Source of the DNA: Alphaproteobacteria bacterium
GTDB taxonomy: Bacteria; Pseudomonadota; Alphaproteobacteria; GCA-2731375
Direction of reading: 5' to 3'
DNA length: 64,000 nucleotides
NCBI GenBank assembly: GCA_965225945.1
Contig: CBDDBZ010000039.1
Coordinates: 32,001 to 96,000 of the forward strand
Shown here: positions 1-10,660 of the stretch, piece after piece
How the letters are laid out: each line of letters starts with the position of its first letter
Position numbering within the stretch: the stretch's first letter is position 1
Translations under genes and position numbers: made by a program
Notes under the pieces: model-generated
What the model saw: the letters and a program-made list of their open reading frames with translations, nothing else
Databases searched by the model: none
Told to the model about the DNA's origin: nothing

Positions 1-772
1 CTCCACCGCTCTCTCGGCCGCTCTCACGGAGCATCGCCACGTGCGAGGTGGTTCAGTAGACGCACTGGTTCAAGGCCGAAACCCGGGCCGCCAGCAGCTC
101 GATCTGGGCTCGGTCGATGGCGCGATTCAGCGCCGCGCCGCCCCGGATCCTGGGCACGTCGAGATAGTGTGCCTCGCCTAGGTCGAAGAAGCCGATCACC
201 TCCTCCGGCACCAGGCTCAGGGCCCGAGGGATGTTGGCGCCGCGCCCGCCGGCATAGAGCTCCGGGTCGTCGGGTCCGACCTCGTCGGGCGCCAGCGTCG
301 GCACCCAGTGATGGGCCATGGCTGCACCCGCCGGGCGTCGCTCGCACGGCTGGCCCGCGAGCGCCCTGGGCAGCGCCGGGGCCGGCTGGCCCAAGGCCAG
401 ATGGAAGCTGTCGATCAACACCACCGTCGCGACCACGCCCGCGAGCTCCACATAGTGCTCGACCGAGAGACCGCCGGCCAGCACGCCCTGGTACCAATCG
501 CGGGTGAGCCGGCCGGGATCGGTGCGGATCGCGTGGATCGCCTCCACCGCCGGCGCCGGCAGTTCGCCCAGATGGTCGTGCTCGCCACGTTGCGCGCGGG
601 GCGAGAGCGCATCCAGCCGCCGGAGGCAGAGCTCGCAATCGACCGCGTGCCTGGTCTCCGCCGCGATTGCCACCCGCTCCGTCCCGCTCCACCAGACGCC
701 GGGGGCTTTGAGCCGATCCCAGGCGCGCCGCTGGCTCTGCACGATATCGTCGCGAACTTCGTACCCGCTCAT
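1..772 (-). CDS. AhpD-like alkylhydroperoxidase-related protein, probable selenoprotein (in-frame TGA at 53-55; frame continues off the window edge)
   Basis: ATG at 772 (MSGYEVRDD). ...QIELLAARVSALNQC-V-Y-TGA gives a CxxU motif. The frame stays open past the TGA (TTSHVAMLRESGRESGG) and a hairpin follows directly. Confidence 0.8.
21..47 (-). promoter_or_regulatory. candidate bacterial SECIS element
   Basis: After the UGA: CUCGCACG/CGUGAGAG stem (7 of 8 pairs), upper GGC/GCU stem, and a GAU apical loop starting with G about 17 nt downstream of the UGA. Confidence 0.6.
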
Positions 773-883
773 CTCGTCGTCTCCCCGCTGGGCTTCCAGA
801 ATCTTACGCCCGAGCCGAGTTGATGTCTCGCCCCGCGTCGCTAGTATCGCTCTCTCGCGGCAACGAACGAGGGGAGGGTCACC

Positions 884-2482
884 ATGGCGGCCATGATTAG
901 TCCGGTCGAACTCAAGGCCCGAATCGCGGCCGGTGCCGAGTTGGCGATCCTCGACGTCAGGGAGGAGGGCGCGCATTCTCAGGGCCACCCCTTCTATGCC
1001 GCGCCCGTACCGCTCGGCCGGCTGGAGCTGATGGTCCTCGATATGGTGCCGCGCAAGGCGACGCCGGTCGTGCTGGTCGACGACGGCACCGACCTCAGCC
1101 GGCGCGCCGCGACGCGCATGGCCGGCCTCGGCTACACCGAGGTGGCGATCCTGGAGGGCGGTGCGCCGGGCTGGGAGGCGGCGGGCTTCGAGCTCTTCAG
1201 CGGCGTCCACGTGCCGAGCAAGGCCTTCGGCGAATATGTCGAGCATCACTACGGAACGCCGCATATCGATGCCGACACGCTCAAGGCGATGATGGACGGG
1301 GCTGACGATTTCGTGATCCTCGACAGCCGCCCCTTCGACGAGTTCGCGGTCATGAGCATCCCGGGCGGGATCGACGTGCCCGGGGCGGAGCTGGCCTACC
1401 GGGTGCGCGATATCGCGCCCGATTCCCAGACCACGGTGGTGGTCAACTGCGCCGGGCGCACCCGCTCCATCATCGGCGCCCAATCGCTGATCAACGCCGG
1501 CATTCCGAACCGCGTGGTGGCGCTGGAGAACGGCACCATGGGCTGGCATCTGGCCGGCCACGCGCTGGAGCACGGCGAAAGCCGGACTTACGGATCGGTG
1601 AGCGAGGCCGCCCGGCCCGGCCTGCGGGAGAGCGTCGAACGGCTCAAGCAACGCTTCGGCGTCGAGGTCATCGATCACGCGAGGCTCGAGGCCTGGCGGG
1701 CCGAGGCGGACACCCGCTCGCTCTACCTGCTCGACGTCCGTGCGCGCGAGGACTACGAGGCCGGTCACCTGCCGGGCTCCGGCTGGGCGCCCGGCGGGCA
1801 ACTGGTGCAGGAAACCGAAACCTGGGTCGCCACGCTGGGCGGCCGAATCGTGCTGATCGACGACGCCATGGTCCGCGCGGTGCTGACCGCTTCCTGGTTG
1901 GTCCAATCGGGCTGGGGCGAGGTCGCGGTGCTCGACGCGCCCTTCGAGGGTCGGTCGCTGGAACAGGGTCCCTGGCGCCGGACGATGCCGGCCATCGCCG
2001 AGGCGGCGCATGACCAGGTCTCGCCCGAGGGCTTGCGGGCGATGCTGGAGGCGGGCGAGGCGGTGGTCGTCGATCTGGCGCCGAGCGCGGAACACGAGAT
2101 GGGCCACGTGCCGGGCGCCTGGTACGCGGTCCGAGCCCACTTCCCCACCACTTTGGCGAAACTGCCGGGCGCGGGCGCGATCGTGCTGACCTCGCCCGAC
2201 GGCATCCTCGCCCGGCTGGCCGCACCCGAGGCCTCGGAGCTGACGGCCCGAGCGGTCAAGGTGCTGGCCGGCGGCACACACGCCTGGCGCACGGCCGGAG
2301 GGGCGCTAGAGGAAGGTCTCCCCAACATGGCCGACGCGCGCAACGATGCCTGGCTCAGGCCCTATCAACAGCCGGGCGACGTGGAGGAGAGGATGCGTGC
2401 CTATCTCACCTGGGAAGGGAACCTGGTGGCGCAGATCGCCCGCGACGGCGATCACCGCTTCCGCCTGTTTCCCGAGGCCTGA
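884..2482 (+). CDS. multi-rhodanese-domain sulfurtransferase
   Basis: Repeated rhodanese motifs (LDVRE, LDSRP, LLDVR..GHLPG, VVDL..GHVPGA), active-site loop CAGRTRS, RBS ggggagg. Confidence 0.9.
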   Translation: MAAMISPVELKARIAAGAELAILDVREEGAHSQGHPFYAAPVPLGRLELMVLDMVPRKATPVVLVDDGTDLSRRAATRMAGLGYTEVAILEGGAPGWEAAGFELFSGVHVPSKAFGEYVEHHYGTPHIDADTLKAMMDGADDFVILDSRPFDEFAVMSIPGGIDVPGAELAYRVRDIAPDSQTTVVVNCAGRTRSIIGAQSLINAGIPNRVVALENGTMGWHLAGHALEHGESRTYGSVSEAARPGLRESVERLKQRFGVEVIDHARLEAWRAEADTRSLYLLDVRAREDYEAGHLPGSGWAPGGQLVQETETWVATLGGRIVLIDDAMVRAVLTASWLVQSGWGEVAVLDAPFEGRSLEQGPWRRTMPAIAEAAHDQVSPEGLRAMLEAGEAVVVDLAPSAEHEMGHVPGAWYAVRAHFPTTLAKLPGAGAIVLTSPDGILARLAAPEASELTARAVKVLAGGTHAWRTAGGALEEGLPNMADARNDAWLRPYQQPGDVEERMRAYLTWEGNLVAQIARDGDHRFRLFPEA

Positions 2483-2494
2483 GGGGCGCCCGCG

Positions 2495-3748
2495 GTGAAC
2501 GCCGAATTGGGCGAGCGCCGCGTCGCCGTCGTGGGCGCCGGGATCGTCGGCCTCGCCACCGCGCTCTATCTCCAGCGCGAGGGCTTCCGGGTCGCGCTAT
2601 TCGACAAGGGCGGGGTGGGCGAGGGCGCCTCCTACGGCAACGCCGGCGTCATGGCGGTGGGCTCGGTGCTGCCCGTCGGCATGCCGGGGATCGCCAAGCA
2701 GGTGCCGGGGATGCTGCTGGACCCGCTCGGCCCGCTCACCATTCGCTGGTCCTACCTGGCGCGGATCGCGCCCTGGCTGCTTCGGATGTTGAAGCACACC
2801 AGCCACGAGGAGGTGGTGCGAATCTCCGGCGCCATGGCCTCGCTCAACCTGTCGTCGATCGCCCATTACGAGCCGTTGCTGGAGGACGCGGGCGCCCGCG
2901 ATCTGGTCGGCCGTTCCGGCTCGCTCTCCGTCTTCACCACCGAGGCCGAGCTGACCGACGCCCAGTTCGGCATCGAGCTTCGCCGCCGCCACGGTGTCGA
3001 GTTCGAGCCGCTGGGCCCGGACGAATTGCGCCAGATGGTCCCGGCGCTGTCGCCCGATCTGGCCGGCGCGATCTTCTTGCCCGGAGCCGGCCATTGCCTG
3101 AATCCGCTGGCGCTGAGCCAGTCCTTCGCCCGTCTGCTCGAGCAGCGGGGTGGCGCCTTTCACCGGGAAGAGGTGGTGGATTTCGACATCGGGCCCGAGG
3201 GACCGAGCCATGTGGTGACCGACGCCGCGCGCCATGCCTTCGACGAGGTGGTGATCGCCGCCGGCGCCTATTCCCGCCCGCTCGCCCGCCGGCTCGGGGC
3301 CAGCGTGCCCCTGGAGACCGAGCGCGGCTATCACGTGATGCTGCCCGATCCCGGGATCGACGTCCGTCTGCCGATGCTGTTCAACGGCTTGGGTTTCGGC
3401 GTGACGCCGATGGCCGACGGCCTGCGCTGCGCCGGCACGGTGGAGTTCGCCGGGGTCTACGCCGAGCCCAATTACGCCCGGGCCGAGGCGATTCTGACCA
3501 AGGCCAAGCGGGTCCTGCCCGGGCTCCGGGACGCGGGCGTCGAGCGCTGGATGGGCCGGCGTCCCTCGCTGCCGGATTCGCTGCCCGTGATCGCCCGCTC
3601 GCCGCGTTTCCGCAACGTCTACCTCGCTTTCGGACACGGCCACCTGGGCCTGACCCAGGCGGCGGTCACGGGACGGATGATCGCCGATATGATGACGGGG
3701 CGTTCGCCGGCAGTCGATCCATCGCCCTTCCGCGCCGACCGTTTTTGA
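2495..3748 (+). CDS. FAD-dependent oxidoreductase, D-amino acid dehydrogenase (DadA-like) family
   Basis: GAGIVG, ASYGNAG, ERGYH, WMGRRPSLPDSLPVI and GHGHLGLT motifs. Confidence 0.9.
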   Translation: MNAELGERRVAVVGAGIVGLATALYLQREGFRVALFDKGGVGEGASYGNAGVMAVGSVLPVGMPGIAKQVPGMLLDPLGPLTIRWSYLARIAPWLLRMLKHTSHEEVVRISGAMASLNLSSIAHYEPLLEDAGARDLVGRSGSLSVFTTEAELTDAQFGIELRRRHGVEFEPLGPDELRQMVPALSPDLAGAIFLPGAGHCLNPLALSQSFARLLEQRGGAFHREEVVDFDIGPEGPSHVVTDAARHAFDEVVIAAGAYSRPLARRLGASVPLETERGYHVMLPDPGIDVRLPMLFNGLGFGVTPMADGLRCAGTVEFAGVYAEPNYARAEAILTKAKRVLPGLRDAGVERWMGRRPSLPDSLPVIARSPRFRNVYLAFGHGHLGLTQAAVTGRMIADMMTGRSPAVDPSPFRADRF

Positions 3749-3752
3749 ACGC

Positions 3753-3974
3753 CTATGGAACTTCGTCGCGGTCCGTCAGGGCCTCGGCCAGGGCTTCCTC
3801 CAGCTCCGCCAGCTCGTCGGGCTCCAGCTCGTCGAAGGGTGCCTGTTCGGTCAGCCGGTAGTGCCCACCGAACCAGCGGGCGAGATCGGCGTCGGCGCAA
3901 CGGCGCGAGCAGAAGGGGTGGTAGCGCTGCACCACATCGCGACCGCAAATCGCACAAGTCTTCTTCGCCGTCAT
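3753..3974 (-). CDS. yacG: DNA gyrase inhibitor YacG
   Basis: CAICG...PFCSRRCADADLARW zinc motif; conserved position after rng. Confidence 0.9.
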   Translation of the reverse strand: MTAKKTCAICGRDVVQRYHPFCSRRCADADLARWFGGHYRLTEQAPFDELEPDELAELEEALAEALTDRDEVP

Positions 3975-5374
3975 GGCGAGCCTCCGGCTTCGAGGCGCCA
4001 AGTCTCGCGCGCCAGCCCGATTTCCGCCACCAGTTCGATTGAGCGCCCGAGGCGCTGCCCGAGCGCGACCGCCACGCTATCGGAATCGGGGATCGCGGCG
4101 ATCACCTCGGGGACCGCGACCAGCCGCAATGTTGTCGAAGCGTATGTCGCGCCGGGTTCGGGCCTCGATACCTCGCGTAGCATCCGCGCGGCCAGGGCAC
4201 GGGCGGTGAGGTCCGGGGTTCCCGGTTGCAGCAGCATTTCGGCCAGCGAGGGCCGGTTGCGCGCGCGGGCGATCTCCACCAGGCCGAGGGGCGAGAAGCC
4301 GCCGTGGCGAGTCGGTGTTGGATCCTCGGCCCGCGCGGCATCGAAGGCGGCGATGACGGCGTCGCGGTCGGCGCGGGAATCGAGCTTCAGGAAATCCACC
4401 ACGATCAGGCCACCGATGGCCCTGAGACGGAGTTGACAGGCGATCTCCACCGCCGCCTCCAGGTCGACCCGGCGCGCGGTCCGCCCCCGCCCGCCCTCGG
4501 CCCCGTCGGTCCCGCTGTCGACGTCGATCGCAACCAACGCCCGGGTCGGCTCGATGATGAGCCGTCCGCCCGACGGCAGCGCCACCTCCGGCGCCAGCGC
4601 CGCCAGAATCGCGGCCTCGATGTCGTGCGCTTCGAACAGCGCTTGCCGCGCGGCGTGATGGCGCAGCCCATCGAGCGCGTCCGGCCGGTGGCGAGTGCAC
4701 CAGGCTCGCGCCCGGGCAAGTGCGTCGAGATCGTCGATGACGATATCCACCGGCCCGTCCGCCATCTCGCGCAGCACGCGGCGGACCACGTCGTCGTCGA
4801 GATCGAGCGCCATCGGCGCGCTGCCCGACTCGGCGCGGGCCACGATGTCGCGCCAGAAGCCCGCGAGATCCTCGGCCTCGGCGGCGAGCGCGGCGTCCTT
4901 GGCACCCTCGGCGCGGGAGCGAACGACGAAGGCGAAACCGTGCGCCGCCATCGCTGCCCCGGCCCAGGCTTCGAGTCGGCGGCGTTCCCCTGCGTCACGG
5001 AGACGCGGCGATAGGCGCACGGCATCGGCGAACGGCGCCAGCACCAAGCGGTGGCCGACCAGCGTTGCCGCCGTCGTCAGGCGCGCGCCCTTCTCGGCAC
5101 TGGGCGGCCGCGTGACCTGGACGAGCACGGCCGCGCCCTCCGCCGGTCGTCGCCCGTGGCCGAGCGGCAGGAAACCGTCCGGGCCCCCGCCCAATTCGAC
5201 GAAGGCGGCGGAGAGCGAGGGCACGACACGGCGCACCCGGCCGAGATGAAGCGCGCCGACCACGAAGCGTTCGCCCAGAGGATGGATCTCGATCTCGAGC
5301 AGACGGCCGGCGCCGTGCCGCGCCACCCGGGTCTCGATCGGCCCGACCTCGATCCTGATCTCCGCCTCGCTCAC
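3971..5374 (-). CDS. ribonuclease E/G family protein
   Basis: S1 region (GRVRRVVPSLSAAFVELG), IEPTRALVAIDVDSG, QLRLRAIGGLIVVDF; GTG start at 5374 overlaps the maf stop. Confidence 0.88.
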   Translation of the reverse strand: MSEAEIRIEVGPIETRVARHGAGRLLEIEIHPLGERFVVGALHLGRVRRVVPSLSAAFVELGGGPDGFLPLGHGRRPAEGAAVLVQVTRPPSAEKGARLTTAATLVGHRLVLAPFADAVRLSPRLRDAGERRRLEAWAGAAMAAHGFAFVVRSRAEGAKDAALAAEAEDLAGFWRDIVARAESGSAPMALDLDDDVVRRVLREMADGPVDIVIDDLDALARARAWCTRHRPDALDGLRHHAARQALFEAHDIEAAILAALAPEVALPSGGRLIIEPTRALVAIDVDSGTDGAEGGRGRTARRVDLEAAVEIACQLRLRAIGGLIVVDFLKLDSRADRDAVIAAFDAARAEDPTPTRHGGFSPLGLVEIARARNRPSLAEMLLQPGTPDLTARALAARMLREVSRPEPGATYASTTLRLVAVPEVIAAIPDSDSVAVALGQRLGRSIELVAEIGLARETWRLEAGGSP

Positions 5375-5982
5375 GGCTGGCTCTCGCCCGTCCCGGGCGG
5401 CAGCGGATAGCCGAGCCCGCCCAAGAGATTCCAGGTCTCGGCGAGCGGCAATCCGACGACGTTGGAGTGGGAGCCGTTCAAGCTCCGGACGAACACCTCG
5501 GCCCGGCCCTGGATGGCATAGCCGCCGGCCTTGCCGCGCCATTCGCCGGAGGCGAGATACCAGGCGATCTCGCGCGGACTCAGGCGCTTGAAGCCGACCG
5601 TCGAGACCACGCGGCGCTGGCCCGCCCGGCCGTCGGGGGCGATAGCCACGACCCCGGTGATCACGCGATGGCGCCGGCCGGAGAGACGGCGCAGGCATCG
5701 CTCGGCCGTCGCCGGGTCTTCGGCCTTCGGCAATACGCGCCGGCCCATGGCGACCACGGTATCGGCCGCCAGCACAAACTCGCCGGGCCAATTCCGCGCG
5801 ACCGCCGCCGCCTTGGCGCTCGCCAGACGCTGGACCAGCGCCATCGGCGTCTCGTCGGCCTCGGGCGTCTCGTCGATTTGCGCCGCCTGGGTGGCGTCCG
5901 GGGCAAGGCCGACGCGGCGCAGAAGTTCCAGCCGCCGGGGCGAGGCCGAGGCCAGAATCAGCCGGGGCGCGCCGTGCGACGT
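5371..5982 (-). CDS. maf: Maf family nucleoside triphosphate pyrophosphatase (start codon uncertain)
   Basis: LILASASPRR, LAADTVV, GKAGGYAIQG, SNVVGLPL. No ATG/GTG/TTG upstream of the N-terminal motif; in-frame ACG at 5982 and CTG at 5961. Confidence 0.88.
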   Translation of the reverse strand, partial: TSHGAPRLILASASPRRLELLRRVGLAPDATQAAQIDETPEADETPMALVQRLASAKAAAVARNWPGEFVLAADTVVAMGRRVLPKAEDPATAERCLRRLSGRRHRVITGVVAIAPDGRAGQRRVVSTVGFKRLSPREIAWYLASGEWRGKAGGYAIQGRAEVFVRSLNGSHSNVVGLPLAETWNLLGGLGYPLPPGTGESQP

Positions 5983-6007
5983 CGCGCCGCGCGCGTCCCC
6001 GGAGGCG

Positions 6008-6226
6008 TTATTTGTAGCGATAGGTGATGCGGCCCTTGGACAGGTCGTACGGCGTCATCTCCACCAGCACCTTGTCGCCGGCGAGAACGCGGATCCGATG
6101 CTTGCGCATCTTCCCCGCCGTATGCGCCAGAACCTCGTGGCCATTTTCGAGGATCACGCGAAACATCGCGTTGGGCAGCAGCTCCTTCACCGTGCCCGGA
6201 AACTCCAACAATTCCTCTTTCGCCAT
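6008..6226 (-). CDS. infA: translation initiation factor IF-1
   Basis: [24 protein letters not shown]...[25 protein letters not shown]. Confidence 0.98.
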   Translation of the reverse strand: MAKEELLEFPGTVKELLPNAMFRVILENGHEVLAHTAGKMRKHRIRVLAGDKVLVEMTPYDLSKGRITYRYK

Positions 6227-6338
6227 TCCGTCTCCAAGTCATGTGTATCGCCAGGGCGGGCACAAGATGCGGAGGCGGCCGGCAAAAATCAACCTGTTTG
6301 CGGCGCGACCGCGTCGCCGGATCGCTCGATCCCGCCCC

Positions 6339-6821
6339 TCAGCCTCGGCCTCGAAGCACGCAAATCAGGGTGAAGAGGCGCCGCGCGGTCTCGAAATCGA
6401 TGTCGATCTCGCCGTCGAGGCGCCGGCGAAGCACTTCCGAGCCCTCGTTGTGGAGCGCCCGGCGGCCGACGTCGATCGCCTCCACCCGCGAGGGCGTGGA
6501 GGTGAGTGCCGCGTAGTAGCCCTCGCAGACCGTGGCGTAGTCGCGGATCACCTGGCGCAGCGGCGTCAGCGACAAGAGAAACAGCCCCACATGCGCCCCC
6601 TCGCCATCGCTGACGGCGATGGCGAGGCGGTTTTCCTGCATGGCGAGGCGAACGTCGTAGGGCCCGCCCTCGTTGTCGCGCGGCCGGAAGTAGTTCTCGT
6701 GCAGCAGGTCCGCCATGGCGACGCGGCGTTCCTGCTCCAGGTGCGGCGCGCGCCGCGAGACGGAACTCTCGTCCAGGCTGATATGGGCGATCCGATAGCT
6801 GGCGGCGCTCATCGCGATCAC
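6339..6821 (-). CDS. UPF0262 family protein
   Basis: EQERRVAMADLL.EN.F and EAIDVGRRALHNEGS..L..RL...ARRLFTL; conserved hisD-UPF0262-infA synteny. Confidence 0.88.
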   Translation of the reverse strand: MIAMSAASYRIAHISLDESSVSRRAPHLEQERRVAMADLLHENYFRPRDNEGGPYDVRLAMQENRLAIAVSDGEGAHVGLFLLSLTPLRQVIRDYATVCEGYYAALTSTPSRVEAIDVGRRALHNEGSEVLRRRLDGEIDIDFETARRLFTLICVLRGRG

Positions 6822-8119
6822 ACCAGCGCGTCGAGCCGCGTGGCGACGGAGCGGGCGTGCGCGTCCAAGCCCTCGGCCTCGGCCAGGCGGACGGCGCTCG
6901 GGCCGATGGCTTTAAGGCCGGCTTCGGTGCAGGCGACGAGGCTGGAGCGCTTGAGGAAGTCCAACACCGAGAGGCCGGAGGAAAACCGGGCGCTCCGGGC
7001 CGTCGGCAGCACATGGTTGGGGCCGGCCACGTAATCGCCGATCGCCTCCGGCGTCCAACGGCCGAGGAAGATGGCGCCGGCGTTGCTCACAGCTGTCGCC
7101 AGCGCCTCCGGTTCGGCGACGGCGAGTTCCAGATGTTCGGGCGCAATTTCGTCGATCAGCGCCGGCGCCTCCGAGCTTAGATCGCCGACGAGGATGACGG
7201 CGCCGTGGCGGGCCCAGCTCTCGCCGGCGATCTCGGCGCGGGGTAGCTCGGCGAGGATGGCCTCGATTCGCGCACTCACACGCTCGGCGAAGGCCAAATC
7301 GTCGGTGATCAAGATCGCCTGCGCCGCCCGGTCGTGCTCCGCCTGCGACAGCAGGTCGAGAGCGATCCAATCGGGATCGTTGTCGCCGTCGGCCACCACC
7401 AGGATCTCCGAAGGACCGGCGATCAGGTCGATGCCGACGCGGCCGTAGACCTGACGCTTGGCCTCCGCGACCCAGGCGTTGCCGGGGCCCACGATCTTGT
7501 CCACGGGCGCGATCGTTTCGGTGCCGAAGGCGAGCGCGGCGACCGCCTGGGCGCCACCGATACGATGAATCTCCTCGACTCCGGCTAATTTGGCGGCGGC
7601 GAGCAGCAGGGGACTGCATTTGCCCCCCGGCGTCGGCACCACCATCACCCGCCTGGGCACGCCGGCGATTCGAGCCGGCAGCGCGTTCATCAACACCGAC
7701 GACGGATAGGCCGCCAAGCCGCCGGGGACGTAGAGACCGACCGAGGGGACCGGGCGCCAGCGATGGCCGAGACGGTTTCCGAGGCCGTCGTCATAGAGCT
7801 CGTCGGCGGGCAGCTGGCGGCGGTGATAGGCCTCGATTCGGCTCGCCGCCATCCGCAACGCTTCGAGCGTCGGCGCCTCGATGGAGGCGAGGGCGAGCTC
7901 GATCTCGGCCTCGGGGATCCGGCTGCCGGCGGCCCCGAGATCGACCCGCTCGAAGCGCCGGGTCAGGTCATGGACCGCCGCGTCGCCTTCCCGCCTCACC
8001 CGCTCGAGGATCTCAGCGACCTCGACCTGGAGGTCTCGAGTCTGCTCGCGCTTGGTGGCCAGCAGGGCTTTGAGCGCTGCCTCGAAGCCGGCCTCGCGCG
8101 TTGCCAGCCTATGCGGCAT
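6818..8119 (-). CDS. hisD: histidinol dehydrogenase
   Basis: [44 protein letters not shown]. Confidence 0.97.
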   Translation of the reverse strand: MPHRLATREAGFEAALKALLATKREQTRDLQVEVAEILERVRREGDAAVHDLTRRFERVDLGAAGSRIPEAEIELALASIEAPTLEALRMAASRIEAYHRRQLPADELYDDGLGNRLGHRWRPVPSVGLYVPGGLAAYPSSVLMNALPARIAGVPRRVMVVPTPGGKCSPLLLAAAKLAGVEEIHRIGGAQAVAALAFGTETIAPVDKIVGPGNAWVAEAKRQVYGRVGIDLIAGPSEILVVADGDNDPDWIALDLLSQAEHDRAAQAILITDDLAFAERVSARIEAILAELPRAEIAGESWARHGAVILVGDLSSEAPALIDEIAPEHLELAVAEPEALATAVSNAGAIFLGRWTPEAIGDYVAGPNHVLPTARSARFSSGLSVLDFLKRSSLVACTEAGLKAIGPSAVRLAEAEGLDAHARSVATRLDALV

Positions 8120-8771
8120 CGAGCGCCTCCTCGAAGCGCTGGACCCAACCGCCGATCCGCTGCGGTCGGGTCTTCATGGCGGCGCGATTGACGATCAGCC
8201 GCGACGTCACCTCGGCGATTCCCTCGACCTCGACCAGCCCGTTGGCGCGCAGCGTGTCGCCGGTGGCGACCAGGTCGACGATCCGCCGGCAGAGGCCGAG
8301 CGCGGGGGCCAGCTCCATGGCGCCGCTCAAGGCGATGCACTCGGCCTGCACGCCCCTGGCCGCGAAGTGAGCCCGAGTGACGCGGGGATATTTGGTGGCG
8401 ATGCGGACGTGACTCCAGGATCTGGGATCGTCGCGGGCCGCGAGGTCCCTGGGCTCGGCCACCGCCAGCCGGCAGGCGCCGATGGCGAGATCGAGGGGCG
8501 CGTAGATCTCCGGATAGTCGAACTCCATCAGGACATCTCGACCGACGACGCCGAGTTGGGCGCCGCCGAAGGCGACGAAGGTCGCAACGTCGAAACTGCG
8601 CACGCGGACGATAGAGACTTGCCGCTCGTTGCAGGCGAAGCGGAGCCGGCGCGCGTCGGGATCGTCGAAAGCCGCCTCCGGCTCCAGACCGGCGCGCCGC
8701 AGCAGCGGGCGGAGTTCCCGCAGGATGCGCCCCTTCGGGACGGCGATTACCAGGGGTTCATTCGCGCTCAA
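8109..8771 (-). CDS. hisG: ATP phosphoribosyltransferase, short form
   Basis: [39 protein letters not shown]; TTG start inferred. Confidence 0.95.
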   Translation of the reverse strand: MSANEPLVIAVPKGRILRELRPLLRRAGLEPEAAFDDPDARRLRFACNERQVSIVRVRSFDVATFVAFGGAQLGVVGRDVLMEFDYPEIYAPLDLAIGACRLAVAEPRDLAARDDPRSWSHVRIATKYPRVTRAHFAARGVQAECIALSGAMELAPALGLCRRIVDLVATGDTLRANGLVEVEGIAEVTSRLIVNRAAMKTRPQRIGGWVQRFEEALDAA

Positions 8772-8790
8772 CCTTCGTGCCCCCGCATCG

Positions 8791-9243
8791 CTAACCCTGG
8801 CCGTCTCCGTCCAGGGCGTGGTCGGGCCGGTTGGCGGTGGGCCAGGGGCTCCCGGTGTCGGAAAGTCGGGCGTCAAGCGAGTCGGCCTCGAGCCTGAGCC
8901 GGCCACCGCCACCGAATTCGAAGGTGACCTCGACGCCCGGCGTCGTCGCCTCGGCGGTCAACGCCAGCAGCGGGATCAGACCTGTCCGGTGTTCCTGGTC
9001 GACGCCCTGGGTCACCACCTTCCGCACCCCCTCGAAATGCAGACCGGAGCGAATTCGCATCCCCTCCGCCCCCGGCGCCGGGTCCACCACTTCCCACATG
9101 AAGCGGGAGAAGACGACGGCGAAGCGTGCCTCCTCCGAGAGGAAGGCCATGTCCGAGACCGAGGTCAGCGCGTCCTGCAGGCAGGCGGAGATCACCTCGA
9201 GATCTTCCAGGTCCTCGGCGCGCAATTTCAGCAGTTCGCTCAT
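8791..9243 (-). CDS. DUF2948 family protein
   Basis: [20 protein letters not shown]...SRFMWE; located between murA and his genes as in other alphaproteobacteria. Confidence 0.88.
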   Translation of the reverse strand: MSELLKLRAEDLEDLEVISACLQDALTSVSDMAFLSEEARFAVVFSRFMWEVVDPAPGAEGMRIRSGLHFEGVRKVVTQGVDQEHRTGLIPLLALTAEATTPGVEVTFEFGGGGRLRLEADSLDARLSDTGSPWPTANRPDHALDGDGQG

Positions 9244-9255
9244 CGCCGGCCAAAC

Positions 9256-10536
9256 CTAGCCCGCGACCCGCTCGATCGAGGCGCCACAGGCGGCGAGCTT
9301 GGCCTCGATCCGCTCGTAGCCGCGATCGAGATGATAGACTCGGTTGACCATGGTCTCGCCCTCGGCGCCCAGCCCCGCCAGCACCAGGGAGACCGAGGCG
9401 CGAAGGTCCGTCGCCATCACCGGCGCGCCGGAAAGCCTGGACACGCCCCGGACCAGCGCCGTTCCGCCGTTGACGACGATTTCGGCGCCCATGCGGCGCA
9501 GCTCCTGCACGTGCATGAAGCGGTTTTCGAAGATCGTCTCGGTGATCGCCGCCACCCCCTCCGCCGTCGTCATCAGGGCCATGATCTGGGCCTGCATGTC
9601 GGTCGGGAATCCGGGATAAGGCTGGGTCGTCACGTCGACGCCGCTCACCCTGGCGCCGTTTCGCCAGACGTGGAGATCCTCGCCCCGCTGCTCCAGCCCG
9701 ACACCCGCGTCGAGCAACACCCCCGCCGTCGCCTCGATCAGCTCCAGGCGGCCGCCGGCGAGCGTCACGGCGCCACCGGCGACGGCGACGGCGACGGCAT
9801 AGGTCGCGGTCTCGATCCGATCGGGCAGAACATCGTGCTCGGCTTCGTGCAGCGCCTCGACGCCGTCGATCACCAAGAGATCACCGCCGATCCCCTCGAT
9901 CCTCGCCCCCATGGCGACGAGGCAGCGGGCGAGATCGGCGATCTCCGGTTCGCGCGCCGCGTTCTCCAGTACCGTCCGGCCCCGGGCCAGCACCGCCGCC
10001 ATCATCAGGTTCTCGGTGGCGCCGACCGAGACGCTGGGAAAACGAATGGTCGCGCCGAGCAGGCCTCGGGGCGCGCGGGCCTCGATATAACCGTCCTCCA
10101 GCTCGATCTCGGCGCCGAGACGGCGAAGTCCGTCGATGTGCAGGTTGACGGGGCGGCTGCCGATGGCGCAGCCGCCGGGAAGCGAGACCCGGGCCCGTCG
10201 CCAGCGCGCGAGCAGCGGTCCCAGCACCAGGACGGAGGCGCGCATCTTGCGGACGATGTCGTAGGGCGCGGTCGCGTCGGCCAGATCCCGGGTCGCCAGC
10301 GTGACCCGTTGGCCGGCCGAATCCGCGCCGCCGTTGTCGAGCGTGATGTCGACGCCGTGCCCGGCCAGCAGTCGCAACATGGTCTCGATGTCCGCGAGCC
10401 GGGGCAAATTGGCCAGACGGAGCGGCCGCTCGGTCAGCAGACCCGCCGCCAAGAGCGGTAGTGCCGCGTTCTTGGCCCCGCTGATTGGGATCCGCCCCTC
10501 GAGCGGTCGGCCACCGGTGATGCGAATGCTTTCCAT
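9256..10536 (-). CDS. murA: UDP-N-acetylglucosamine 1-carboxyvinyltransferase
   Basis: [51 protein letters not shown]. Confidence 0.98.
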   Translation of the reverse strand: MESIRITGGRPLEGRIPISGAKNAALPLLAAGLLTERPLRLANLPRLADIETMLRLLAGHGVDITLDNGGADSAGQRVTLATRDLADATAPYDIVRKMRASVLVLGPLLARWRRARVSLPGGCAIGSRPVNLHIDGLRRLGAEIELEDGYIEARAPRGLLGATIRFPSVSVGATENLMMAAVLARGRTVLENAAREPEIADLARCLVAMGARIEGIGGDLLVIDGVEALHEAEHDVLPDRIETATYAVAVAVAGGAVTLAGGRLELIEATAGVLLDAGVGLEQRGEDLHVWRNGARVSGVDVTTQPYPGFPTDMQAQIMALMTTAEGVAAITETIFENRFMHVQELRRMGAEIVVNGGTALVRGVSRLSGAPVMATDLRASVSLVLAGLGAEGETMVNRVYHLDRGYERIEAKLAACGASIERVAG

Positions 10537-10546
10537 GATCTCGCCG

Positions 10547-10582
10547 GATCGGGTTGGTGTAGAAGATCGGGTTGGTGTAGAA
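10547..10582. repeat. exact 18-bp tandem duplication just upstream of murA
   Basis: gatcgggttggtgtagaa twice. Confidence 0.9.
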
Positions 10583-10660
10583 ATCGTCGCCCGCGCCGGC
10601 TCTATACTCCCGTGGCGCGGGAAAAAGAAGGGGCGGCGGGCAATTGCCCGAAAGATGGCG

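Noticed and set aside
773-2281. 742-aa version of the minus-strand ORF 53..2281
   Set aside because: The upstream part is the antisense shadow of the rhodanese gene; the real start is at 772.
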